Shown: positions 52,901-64,000 of the stretch, piece after piece
Position numbering within the stretch: position 1 is the stretch's first letter
Layout of the letters: each line of letters starts with the position of its first letter
Assembly: GCA_043228905.1 (NCBI GenBank)
Contig: JBHGNT010000018.1
Span: 8,866,001-8,930,000 of the forward strand
Length of the DNA stretch: 64,000 nt
Origin: Azolla caroliniana
Taxonomy: Eukaryota > Plantae > Polypodiophyta
Direction of reading: 5' to 3'
Translations under genes and position numbers: made by a program
The notes under the pieces: model-generated
Database searches by the model: none
Seen by the model: the letters and a program-made list of their open reading frames with translations, nothing else
What the model was told of the DNA's origin: nothing

Positions 52901-53955
52901 CGTGATACATTAGATGTTACACGCAATTTTTTGCAAGACATGAACCAAATGTTGCATATTGCTAAAGAGAATGTTAAGACGACTGAAGATCGTGCTCGAT
53001 TTTATGGTGATAAGGATAGACGTCCTCGTGCATTTACTATTGGTCAAAAAGTACTTTTGCGTGTCCCTACTGACTCTACGTCATTGTCTACGGGCAAGTG
53101 CGCTAAGTTAGCCCCACGATATTGTGGCCCATTTGAAATCCTTAAGCGGGTTGGGTCATCTGCTTATCACCTTGCCTTACCCTGTAACATTGGTATTCAT
53201 CCTGTTTTTCATGTCAGTCGTCTAAAACCATTTTTAGGCTCTGGTGATAACACCATCACAATCCAAGATCTTGTAACATTAGAGGTTTTCTTTTACAAAC
53301 CTCATGTTCCTGAACGAATTCTTGATTCTCGTACTAAACGTTTACGTTCTAAAGAGATTTGGCTATTCCAGATCAAATGGATGGATAAACCTATTGATGA
53401 TGCCACATGGGAATGCGAGTATACTCTTAAGGCACAATTTCCTCACTTTATATTGCAAGAGTGCAATCTTTTGAAGTAGGGGGAGTATGTTATGTACACA
53501 TAACGTTGGTGAGGGTAGGTCACTAATATTTACATTAGTGAAGGGTATGTTCACTAATGTTAAAAAGGGGACTAATGATTAGATAGAAGGAATGATAGGT
53601 GCATGCACTATCATGATTTGGACAACCAATAAATGGAGAGCCTTTTAGAAAGGCACATCTATTCAAGGGGCCTAGGAAAAGGTATAAATATGAGGCTTAG
53701 CTACCCTCATAAGGACATTATGTCAGAAGGTTGTTGTCTTAGACACCAGTGGTGCGGGCTAGGCTTTCGTCTCGACGATCGTGTTTATCTCTTCCAAGGT
53801 ATTAGTCTTCCTAATATCCGGTGGTATGGGATGTTGGTGGTAGGTTGGCTATATCTAGATCATAGCTCGGGGGTGGTCGGGTGGAACGGGTTCTTCTATC
53901 TAATCTATTTTCCTTCTTTTACTTTGGTCTATTGATTAGCAATAGAATCTTAACA
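46929..53955 (+). mobile_element. Full-length Ty3/gypsy chromovirus LTR retrotransposon with disrupted ORFs
   Basis: LTRs 46929-47401 and 53488-53955 (TGTTATG...TTAACA); TSD CTATA/CTATC; Met-i PBS TGGTATTAGAGC at 47403; PPT at about 53474-53487. Gag knuckle CAYCKKWGHTKDTC, protease LFDSGS, RT FLDDILI, RNase H ETDASD, integrase SMDFI..SDRD, GPF, chromodomain PERILDSR..IKW...ATWE. Confidence 0.96.
47641..48100 (+). repeat. Tandem repeats in the gypsy leader (2 x ~123 bp, then 3 x 83 bp)
   Basis: TAATTATT.TTGTGCAT starts at 47641 and 47764; TATG.CACT.T.C.CT.TATTGAG.CATCACTTGG starts at 47847, 47930 and 48013. Confidence 0.8.
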
Positions 53956-54315
53956 CTATCGTAGGTCGACTGTTTGCCAGACCATAGTGCCTGGGGCACT
54001 TCGAGCCTGATTGCTCTTGACGGCTTCAGATTTATCAGGTATACTACCGTTTGCAATGCCTCAGCCCAGAATTCCAGCTTTAGTCCGACTTGCTGGAGCA
54101 TTGCCATCACCCTTTCCTGGATCGTTTAGTTGATCTGTTCTGCCACTCCATTTTGCATGGGTGTGTAAGGAATGGTCTTTTGATGCCAAATCCCTTTGTT
54201 GGACAGGTACTGCTTGAAGGCTCTTGAGGTATATTCGCCTCCGTTGTCTAATCAGAGTGTCTTCACTCTGTGTCCCGATCGGTTCTCCACTTCAGATATC
54301 CACCGAGTGAAGACC

Positions 54316-54400
54316 TTCGAAGAATATTGCAAGGCCCAAGGTATTCGAATCGAATACACAGTACCAAAGACCCCTGAGTTGAATGGGCTTGCAGGGAGGA
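54316..54400 (+). mobile_element. Tnt1-like copia integrase fragment (left half)
   Basis: FEEYCKAQGIRIEYTVPKTPELNGLA; continues at 63661. Confidence 0.75.
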
Positions 54401-54618
54401 GCTCGCGGCTATAGTGGCAGCTTTCACAGAGTGGAGATCTTACTTGGCTGGGGCGCAACATCGAGTTCAGGTATTAACATATCATAAAATTTTATTATAT
54501 TTCTCAACAACCCGTACTTTGAATCGATGGTAGGCCCATTGGTCAGCTTTCTTAGACGACTATGACTGTGAAATTATCTTTCGGCCGAGGGCACAAAACA
54601 TGAAGGCTGATGCTCTTT

Positions 54619-56530
54619 TGTTGGCCAATGGCGGCCAAAGTATATAATAGGAAAAAGGATGAGCCAAGTTCCGAATATAATAATAATATTAAAAGTAAGA
54701 TGTATTATAGGAACGGTTTGTAGTCGGTTGCCGGTTAGGCACCGTTTTGTAACAGAGAACCAGAGGCCTATAAAAGGATCGGGGTATTGAGAGGATGGAA
54801 TATTAATATAAGAGAGTTTTGTTATTATTATCCTATTCATCTTTATGTTCTATTCCGTTCTGTGCTCAATGTATGGATCTTATGTGTGTAATCAATGAGT
54901 GTTGTGAATCTGGATACTGAACCGGAAGATAACCGGTTGTAGTTGCTAGTGTTGAATCCCTTACCCTAACCACCCTTTGGTGAAGTGATCCGAATGGACA
55001 CCTTGTGTTAGAGGCAAGTCGGACCCAGGAGTAACACAAATTTGGCGACACAGCGGTGAATTCCCCTTTGGACGAAGCCAATGCATATTTGCGGCAGAAA
55101 TGTGCGAATCATGATGACGACGATGTGCGAGAGAATGGGGAAATCAAATCAGTGATTTGCACCAAATGACAAAAGTATGTGTGAGGAATGGCGATGATGC
55201 TCGGATCTAATTGTAAAGAAGGAGAAGAGAAAGAAAAGAGAATGATGGTGCAGTTCGGAAATCCGGAAAGACAAAAACGGCTGAAAAGACACACAAGCAT
55301 GGGCTGAACGAACAGAAAACCGGAAAGATACTGCCAAATGGGCCGAACAGACGGACATTGATGGAAAGACACTGGAAGGACGGGCAGGCACCGGTTAGCG
55401 TTTGACAAAGATGCCGACAACCAAATGGATACAGCCGGACAAGGCCGAACAGCGCAACAACACAGGAGAAGTGACGAACGGCGACGGAAGCAGCCGGAGA
55501 GCGGCCATCCGACACTCAACGGCTGAACAGAATAACGACGAATGGATGGCCGGCCACAGATGGCCAGACGGCAACCGAAATGGCCGAACAACGACTGGAT
55601 GGAGCAACAGCTGAGACAAAGGCCGAATGAAGAGGCAACGGCGGCCCGGCCAAAGAAACGATGGTAGCTGGAATGACGACGGCGATGGAGACAGTGACGA
55701 CAGAGACGGAAACGGCCGGAGACCGACCAAAAAGCTGACAGAGACGGCTGGAAAAACACGACAGAATGAAAAGACATGGTCGGACGGGCCAAATGGTCGG
55801 AACGTGACGGAGCCGGGACGACTATCAGAATTGGACGGCGTTGGCCACATACCAACGGCTAGAGTGGTTGGACAGAGACAGTGACCGGATGGAGCAGCGG
55901 CCGTACAGTGGCAACGGCAAGAGCAACAGCTACCGGATAGCGGCCGGATCGATTTCCGGAATGCAGAAAGACACATAACGACGAGACGATGAAGATAGCG
56001 GAACCGACGGCCGGACAACAACTGAAGAGTAACAGGACAGGTGGCCGGACGGGCGAGACGGACACAGAGATGGGAGACGAAAACGGCTGGACATACGAGC
56101 GGACAACGGATGGCCGGACAGCAGCCGACGGCCGGAAGGAACAGAGGCGGCCGGATGAAGCGGTGATAGCCAGACAAAGGGTAGCGGTAGCCAAAAATCA
56201 GCGGCCGAAGCGACCGAATAAAGAAAGAAGAAGAACAAGCAGAAAATAAGAAGAAACGAAGAAGGAAAACGCAAGAAGGAGATAGAAGAAAGAACAAAAG
56301 GATACATCAAAAGAAGAAGAAGAAGAAGAGGATGGTGTCAACGAGAGATCTAAGAAAGATACAGAGAAGAAACAGATATAGAAGCGAGCGAGAAAGCAAG
56401 AGAGAGGAGGGGAATAATAATAATAATAAATCAAGCAATAAAAAGAAAGGGCAAGAGAGAATGATAGGGGTATTGAACATAATTTTAAAAACATGAGGGT
56501 ACATAATACAATTTTTAAAACCTAAGGGCA
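54619..56530 (+). mobile_element. LTR (54619-~55036) with Arg-like PBS and GC-rich non-coding interior; probable non-autonomous LTR element
   Basis: TGTTG...TAACA with TATAAAA at about 54768; TGGCGACACAGCGG at 55043; interior rich in CGGCCG/ACGGC motifs with no recognisable gag/pol; right end uncertain. Confidence 0.6.
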
Positions 56531-56783
56531 TTGTCATTAGTTTAGAAAATTTGAGGCTAGAGTACCTAAATTTAAAAATTCATCAACCTAAAAGAAATGG
56601 ACGTGATCAACCACGACAACTCACAAAAAATTAAGGAAGAACACACATACACACAACGTGCTTTTGGACCCATGACGAAGTTCGTGAACCGACAGAACGA
56701 GAATGTTCGTGTCGAGGAAGATTCGCTGACCGAAGGAGATGTTCGAGTCAAGCGTTCCGATCAAGGGAGTCGATCGATGAGAG

Positions 56784-57156
56784 GACCGACGGAAGTTCCA
56801 GTCGAAGAAAGATGACGATCAAGGCATCTGGGATTGACGTGCAAGGCACTCTCCCACGGGCGTGCCATAATGTGTTACCGTACGGGATGTACGGGAGATG
56901 TAGAGTGTGATGAGCGAGGGTCAAATGCTATAATGTTGTTAATGTGTATGTGTAAATGTGTAACTGTAATTGTGAGTGTGAGTACATGTGTACGTGTACA
57001 CATGCACACGTGTGTGCATGTGGATGGATACGAGGAGGTGTGAGTGAGTGATTAGTGTGAATGAACAAGGGGGCTTGCACCCCTATGTATCTACCCTTTT
57101 GTAACTATTTAACCCCCTATGGGGAATGAATGAAGAATGAAGGAATAGTTCTCTCT

Positions 57157-57201
<45 letters not shown>

Positions 57202-57343
57202 GTTGAACCCTCTTGGGAGGGGGGTGGAGCCATTCTAGGCACCATCCCCCCATCCCACAATGCTTATGCTTCTCAACATATTCCCCATCTCCATCCCTAT
57301 CACTACCCTATTATCATCATAATCGTCATCCCTAACCCTAAAC
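56784..57343 (+). repeat. LTR-like repeat, copy 1 of an inverted pair
   Basis: Reverse-complement match to 61167-61706; contains TATTTAA, a (CT)n tract and ends CCTAACCCTAAAC. Confidence 0.85.
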
Positions 57344-60300
57344 CTCCAAGTGTATGATGCAAAAAGATTACTATGATCCTCCTTTTCTTTCTATCTCTCT
57401 TTCTCTTCTTTTCCTACATGGTATTAGAGCCAAACGATCTATAACCTATAGTCTATGCCTTTCTTAAATCACAAAACACATGCCCTTATCATAATTTAAC
57501 TTTCATGCCCATACAAAATAATCATATTCATAGTGTCCAAGATCGTCAAGTAACGAAAGAATTTTGTGTTTGTCGTGCGCCGATCCGGATAGTCCTCTGC
57601 AATAATGGCACAATCTATGCCATCGTCGCAACTCAACATGCGAAAATTCACGATCGAGAAATTATCGGACACAAATTATTGAATTTGGAAGGCAAGATTA
57701 GAATTACTTTTAAATATAATAAAGTATGGGACATCATTTCAGGATCGTCGACAAAACCGGAGAAAGGCGAAGAACTTGAAGAATATGAAGAAAAAGACTT
57801 ATGCGCAAGAATGGAAATGCTAATGCAAGTAAGTGATGGCACTTGAGAAACATTGCGAAAAATGAAGATGGCTCAAGAAATGTGGAAGCACTTACAAACT
57901 ATCTACGAACTGAAAATTGATGCCCAACAAGCGCATACACTTCAAGCACTTGTTAATTACAAAATGAATGATGAACAAGCAGTTGGTGAATTTCTATTAA
58001 TATGGGAAAAGAAAGTAGATGATGTATTAACTTTGGGATTAGAAATCCATGATAAATTACAAAAGATTCTCCTTCTTGGTGCTCTTCCTCACTCGTGGTC
58101 CACTTTCAGAACCACCCAAAACTCTATAAATTGTCCAACTCTAATTGATCTCTTGCAAATATTAGACATGAAGAAACAATGTGTTCACAAAGGTCTTCAA
58201 ATTCAACTCCAAGTGTGGCAATGGTAGCATACAAAAAAAAATCACCCAAAGAGGAGAAAGCTCAAAGCCATGGATAAAGAAAGATCAAAACTCAAAACAA
58301 GGAGGAATGCCGTTCAACAATACCTATTGCAAAATATGCAAATGTACTAATCATCCAACAAAAGATTGCCACACAAAGTCAAACTTCAAGAATTATCAAC
58401 CTTGGAGGCATGTACAAGCCCATCTTGTTGAAGAAGAGATGGATGATGAAAAAGCCGTAGGAGATAGATGTCAAAATGTTGAAAAGTATAACGATGTCCT
58501 TCAAGCATTCATTGCTGAATCACTTTCCGCCACGATTCCAAATCCAAGTAATGTAAATGACATATGGTATCTCGACACTGGTGTTACTAACCACTTAACT
58601 AATAGAAAAGATTGGTTATGTAATTATAAGGAAGTTGAACCTCCTATCATTGTAAGATTTGGAAATAATGGGACTAAACAAGCTATTACTTTTGAAGTTA
58701 TAGGAGGAAGAAATTTCACGATCAATGAAGTTCTCTATGTCTCGGGCATCACCAAACATTTGTTATCCATTAGTCAAGCAACGACAAATGGTACTATCAT
58801 TGAATTTCATCCTAACCATGCTATTATTAAACATAAAGCCTCCAATGGAGAACTTATTAGAACATGTTGTAAACAAGAAGGAAGCTTATATCCCATAAAA
58901 TGTATTCCTACATCTCTTATTTTTGAAGCACATCATTCTACTCCAATTCAATCATCTATATCTCTAACTAATCTTCATTCTCCCTCTTCTCTTTCGCATT
59001 TTCTTCTAGGCCATATCTCGGCCATATGCATTTCAATCCTCAAAAAACATTACAATGTAATAATCTAGTCCATTGTTTGCCAAAAGAACCTTCCAAGCCC
59101 ATCTCTTTGTGTGAAAGTTGTATCCTTGGGAAAATGCCCCAACAACCCTTCCCAAAACATAGATCTAGAGCCACTACCCCTCTTGCATTAGTACATAGTG
59201 ATCTATGTGGACCTTTTCCAACCCCTTCTCTTAGTGGAGCCAAATATTTCATTAGTTTTATGGATGACTTTAGTCGATTTACAATCTTGCATTTTCTCAA
59301 GTACAAAAGTCAAGCTTATCAAGCATTCAAAGAATACAAGGCTTGAGTCGAAGTGCAAACATCATCAAAGATTAAAAGTCTTCAAACCGATGATGGTGGT
59401 GAGTATATGTCTCATGAATTTCAAAGTTTGTATCAAAATGAAGGCATTCATCATAGAATATCAACACCACACACACCACAACAAAATTGTGTATCTGAAA
59501 GGAAGAATAGGTCACTTCTCAATATGGCTCGGAGTAGGTTACAATTTTCTCACTTATCGCCTCAATTTTGGGAGGAAGCAGTTGGCACCACTTGCTATAT
59601 TCAAAATCGAGGATTTCATAGATCCTTGGGGCTCCAAACCCCTTATGAACTATGGCATGGTCACAAACCTAACTTAAGTAACATTCGTATTTTTGGTTGT
59701 GATGCTTATGCTTTTGTGCCAAATGTTCAAAGAAATAAGCTAGATCCAAGGGCTACAAAATCAATTTTCATCAGATATGGAGAAGCTTCGGGATACAAGG
59801 TGTACAAGCTCTACGATCCACAAAAGCGAAGAATATTCTTTAGTCGCAATGTGATATTTCAAGAAAATGGGCTTTCTACAAAGGTTTCTTCTTCACTCTC
59901 ATCTAATCTACCTCCTTTATTACCTACCCCTACCCACTTACAACCATCTTCCTCAACCATCTCTAATATTAATAGCTCTCATATTGAAGGAGCCAACATT
60001 GGCTCATCCTCTACTTCCACTATTTGTGTTGCTCTTCCATCTAATCACAAGGCAAAGATCAATCCTATTTAACCAACTAATTCTTCTGCTCATCTTCCCT
60101 CATTCCAATCTCTAGATGATTCTCTTCCTCGTACTCCTTTAAATACACATTGTTTAACTCCCTCTAACAATACAAATAATGTTATCTTCTCAACTCTGGT
60201 GAAAAGCTATGGAAGAAGAAATGAAGGCTTTAATTAAAAATGGTATGTGGACCCTCGTTGAGCCTCCAAAAGATCGTCAAATAAATGGTTCTAAGTGGGT

Positions 60301-61166
60301 CTTACGCATAAAGAGAGATAGTAATGGTAATCCAATTCGCTTCAAGGCTTGTGTAGTTGCTCGACGATTTTCTCAAGTACTAGGTATTGATTTTCAAGAT
60401 ACATTTAGTCCAACATAAAAAATATGTGGTTTTCGAATGCTCGTTGCTCTTGCTGCTCAACATGATCTAGAGTTGCATCACTTGGATGTACAAACGACTT
60501 TTCTTCATGGAGATTTAGATGAAGAACTTTATTTACAACAACCACAATTTTTGAAAATCCAAGTCATCCAACACATGTTTGTCGACTTCGTAAATCTATT
60601 TACGGCCTTAAGCAATCTCCACGCATATGGTATCATCATCTAAACAATGAGCCAAATATATATGTTAGAAAAGCCAAATCCAATTTTGTTATCATAGGTG
60701 TGTGTCTATGTTGATGATTTGCCCTTCATCTCTAATTCTAAATCTTATCTAGCTATTGCAAAGAAGGAACTCGCATATGTCTTTTCTATCACCGATTTAG
60801 GCCCTATGACACATTTTCTAGGCATCAAAGTAACTCAAAATAGAACAAATCATATTATCTCATTATCACAATCAAACTATATTAATTCTATTCTCCAACG
60901 ATTTGATATGCTTCATAGTAAACCTATTAGTACTCCTCTTACCTCTCCATGCAAACTTTCAAATGATGATTCTCCCAAAAATGAACGAGAAATTTCCGAA
61001 ATGAAGGATGTACCCTATAAACAAATCTTGGGATCTATAAGATATCTAGTAAGTTGCACACATCTCGATATTTGCTTTGCCGCCGGTTTTCTTTCTCGTT
61101 TGATGGCTAATCCAGGACCAAAGCATTGGATCACGCTCAAAAGATTACTACGATACTTGAAGATAG
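57344..61166 (+). mobile_element. Degenerate Ty1/copia element, 3'-truncated
   Basis: LTR end ..CCTACA at 57418 and PBS TGGTATTAGAGC; gag knuckle CKICKCTNHPTKDC; protease WYLDTG; integrase VHSDLCGP, TDDGGEY, PQQNCVSERKNR; RT SKWV, HHLDVQTTFLHGDL, YVDDL; cut at LLRYLK. Confidence 0.92.
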
Positions 61167-61706
61167 TGTTTTAGGGTTAGGGATGACGATTATGATGATA
61201 ATAGGGTAGTGATAGGGATGGAGATGGTGAAGATGTTGAGAAGCATTGAGAGGTGGGGGGTGGTGCCTAGAATGGCTCCACCCCCCTCCCAAGGGGGTTC
61301 AACATAAGGGAAGAGAGAGAGAAAGAGAGATGACAAGAGAGAGAGAGAACTATTCCTTTCATCCTTCATTCATTCCCCATAAGGGGTTAAATAGTTACAA
61401 GAGGGGGTAGATACATAGGGGTGCAAGCCCCCTTGTCCATTCACACTAATCACTTACTCACTCCTCCTCGTATACGTCCACATGCACACACATGTGCATG
61501 TGTACACATACACATCTACTAACACTCACAATTATACTTACACATTTACACATACACATACACATAAACAACATTATAATATTCCACCCTCGCTTTCCGT
61601 ACATCTTGTACGGTAACACATTATGCATGCCCGTGGGAGAGTGCCTTGCACGTCGACCCCACATGCCTCGATCGTCATCTTTCTTCGACCGGAACTTCCA
61701 TTGATC
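61167..61706 (-). repeat. LTR-like repeat, copy 2 (inverted), with intact ...CCCTAAAACA end at 61167
   Basis: Reverse complement of 56784-57343; interrupts the copia RT. Confidence 0.85.
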
Positions 61707-63659
61707 GCAACATGATCGCACATAATCTCAATGTTTACTTAAACCAGATCAATTCTAGATCTTCGCCGCATGCATGCTCCATGACGACTCTTTGCTTGAG
61801 GAGATAGCCAAGGCACTTCCCACTGACAAATTCGCCAATGCAATTCAGGAAGGTCTTATTGATCCGTCTAAATCCAAGACCAAGGAAGACCTTGTCTGCT
61901 TCCGATTTGAGGGGGGATTGCTTTACTGAGACCAACTCTTATATGTTCTGGAGGGCCGATGTCGAACTCAAGTTCTCCAAAAGTGTCATGATGACCCCTT
62001 GGCTGGTCATTTTGGCGTTGCAAAGACACTCGAATTAATCTCACCAGGATATTGGTGGCCTCAACCATAGAAGTTCGTCAAGGAATTCATCAAGACATGG
62101 GATACTTGTGTTAGATCCAAAGTCGTCCACCACCACTTCCCATTCCCAACCAGCCTTGGGCATCAATTTCTATGGATTTCATCACTGACTTGCCTCTTGT
62201 CCACGGATATGACACAATGCTCGTCATGGTAGATCGGTTTCCATAGATGGCTCATTTTGCCCCTTGTGCAAAGACTATTTTAGCAGAAGCAACAACCGGT
62301 CTATTTTTGAAGAATGTGGTGCAGCTTCATGGGGTCCCAGATGATGTCACCTCAGATCGTGGACCCCAATTTGTCTCTCGTTTTTGGTGGCGGATCCTTC
62401 AAACATTGGGAACAACAGTGAATTTGTCTTTGTCCTATCATCCTCAAACCGATGGCCAAATGGAGCGTGTGAACTGAATTCTTGAGCAATACCTTCAATG
62501 CTTGCTTAGCTACCAACAAGATGATTGGGTTGACCTCCTACCCTTGGCAGAGTTCACATACAATAATACGCTACATGGTTCAACTGGGGTCACCCCATTT
62601 TTCACCAACTATGGTTTCCATCCTCGCTTTAGTATTTCCATCTCCGGCAACTTTGTCAACCCGTTAGCAAAAGGACGTGCTCGTATTTTAGCTGACATTA
62701 ATCAAGACCTCTCCCTCGAACTCATCCTTGCAAGGGACCGGTATAAAGCGCAAGCTGATCGACATCGTTCTGCTACACCCGCCTTTGCAATTGGTGATCA
62801 AGTTTGGCCCTTACGTCGCCATGCCGATACTACTCGACATTGCGGAAAGTTGGATTACAAGAAGTTGGGGCCTTTCCGCATCATCGAGTGTGTCAATCTC
62901 GTCACTTTCCAGCTGGAATTTCCTCCACATTTCCGTATTCATAATGTCTTCCATGCCTCTCTTCTCGAACCTTATCACCCATCCACTATTCCTGGAAGAC
63001 ACTCTCCACCTCCACCTCCAATTGAGCTTTCCATAGGTGAGGAGTACGAGGTGGACAAGATTCAGGACTCTCGTTGGTGTCGACGACAACTTCAATACTT
63101 AGTCCTATGGAAAGGGTATCCCGTTTCAGAGGCAACTTGGGAACCAGGCCAACACTTGGAGAATGCACCAGATGTTCATGAATTTCATCACCAATATCCA
63201 CAAAAACCGGGGAGGCATCTTCAGAGGCGGCCTTAGCAGGGGGATAATGTCATGGACATGACAACAGTCATGTAATGATTCAAACTCTTGACGTACTGTA
63301 TTTAATCGATATGTTTTAACCAATACATCCAATACATAATCATGTTACCTTACTAGATTATTGTAGATTATCTATTCTACATGTAGGATTTTAGAAGCTT
63401 CCAGAAAGCTTTAGAAGCTAGAACATTCTAGAAGCTTGTGCATGAAAATGAGTCTTTGCATGGGGCTACATTTAGAGCCCATAAACATGTATAAATACAA
63501 GGGTTCACCTTGGCCTTAGTCAAGGTGAACAACACCAGTTATAGAATCATAATTCAGTTCTTGTTCTCTTGACTAATTTCTCTCTCTCTTTCTTATTATC
63601 TTCTCTATGATCTGTCTCTCACTGTCTTAGTATTGAGCCTCGTCTACTTGTCTGTGACA

Positions 63660-63885
63660 AAATCGGATGATCATGGAAAGAGTGAGGAGCATGATGTCAC
63701 ATGCCAAGCTACGGAAATCATATTGGGCTAAGGCGATGTATACAACTGTTTATTTGATCAATAGGTCTCCCTCAATGCCATTGAAAGTTGATGTCCCAGA
63801 GAGGGTGTGGATAGGAAAGGAAGTCTCCTACCAACACCTAAGGGTGTTCAGATGTCTAGTATATATGCATGTGGCCAAGGATTAG
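63660..63885 (+). mobile_element. Tnt1-like copia integrase fragment (right half)
   Basis: NRMIMERVRSMMSHAKLRKSYWAKAMYTTVYLINRSPS..PERVWIGKEVSYQHLRVF. Confidence 0.85.
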
Positions 63886-64000
63886 TGTCATGAAGACATA
63901 CATTTTGGCCTTACAAGGATTCGAGCCCAAGACGTCTTGGTCTATATGTTAGACCTTTAACCTTATAATAACATATATGATTTATAGTATTATTAGTTAT

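Larger units (their letters stand above)
46690..54315 (-). mobile_element. Copia integrase remnant split by the gypsy insertion (pieces 53956-~54315 and ~46690-46928)
   Basis: EFWAEALQTVVYLIN..PS..WSGKQSTYD (54110-53956) continues as RLCIFRYEAYAFIPRDKRTK (from 46928 downward). Confidence 0.85.
54401..63659 (+). mobile_element. 5'-truncated Tcn1-like chromovirus (gypsy) carrying nested insertions at 54619-61706
   Basis: RNase H ELAAIVAAFTEWRSYLAGAQHRVQVL..KADAL (54399-54618); resumes about 61707 with integrase [35 protein letters not shown] and chromodomain EYEVDKIQDSR..YLVLWKGY..ATWEP; PPT at about 63235-63247; 3' LTR 63248-63659 TGTCA..TGACA. Confidence 0.88.

Noticed and set aside
63886-64000. 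TGTCATG start of another possible LTR at the window edge
   Set aside because: Too little sequence to confirm

Overview
Eukaryotic (land plant) nuclear DNA. A non-seed plant such as a fern or lycophyte is likely, inferred from a Tcn1-like chromovirus and the AG/CT microsatellite style. Bases 1-21451 are a near-perfect head-to-tail array of 18 copies of a 1191-bp unit. Each unit carries two minus-strand alanine tRNA genes (AGC and TGC anticodons; 36 genes in total), separated by spacers that look unusually rich in inverted repeats. The array stops abruptly inside the 5' LTR of a decayed Tnt1/Tork-like copia element (21452-~25750). Next come LINE fragments, two apparently intact spliced genes on the minus strand (a nucleotide-sugar/sugar-phosphate translocator and a MAP65-3/PLEIADE-like gene), and a microsatellite island. 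About 20 kb of nested LTR retrotransposons follow: a full-length chromovirus with TSD inside a copia, and a Tcn1-like chromovirus containing a GC-rich non-coding LTR element and a copia flanked by inverted LTR copies. All base-pairing, exon and variant calls were made by eye, without folding or alignment software.
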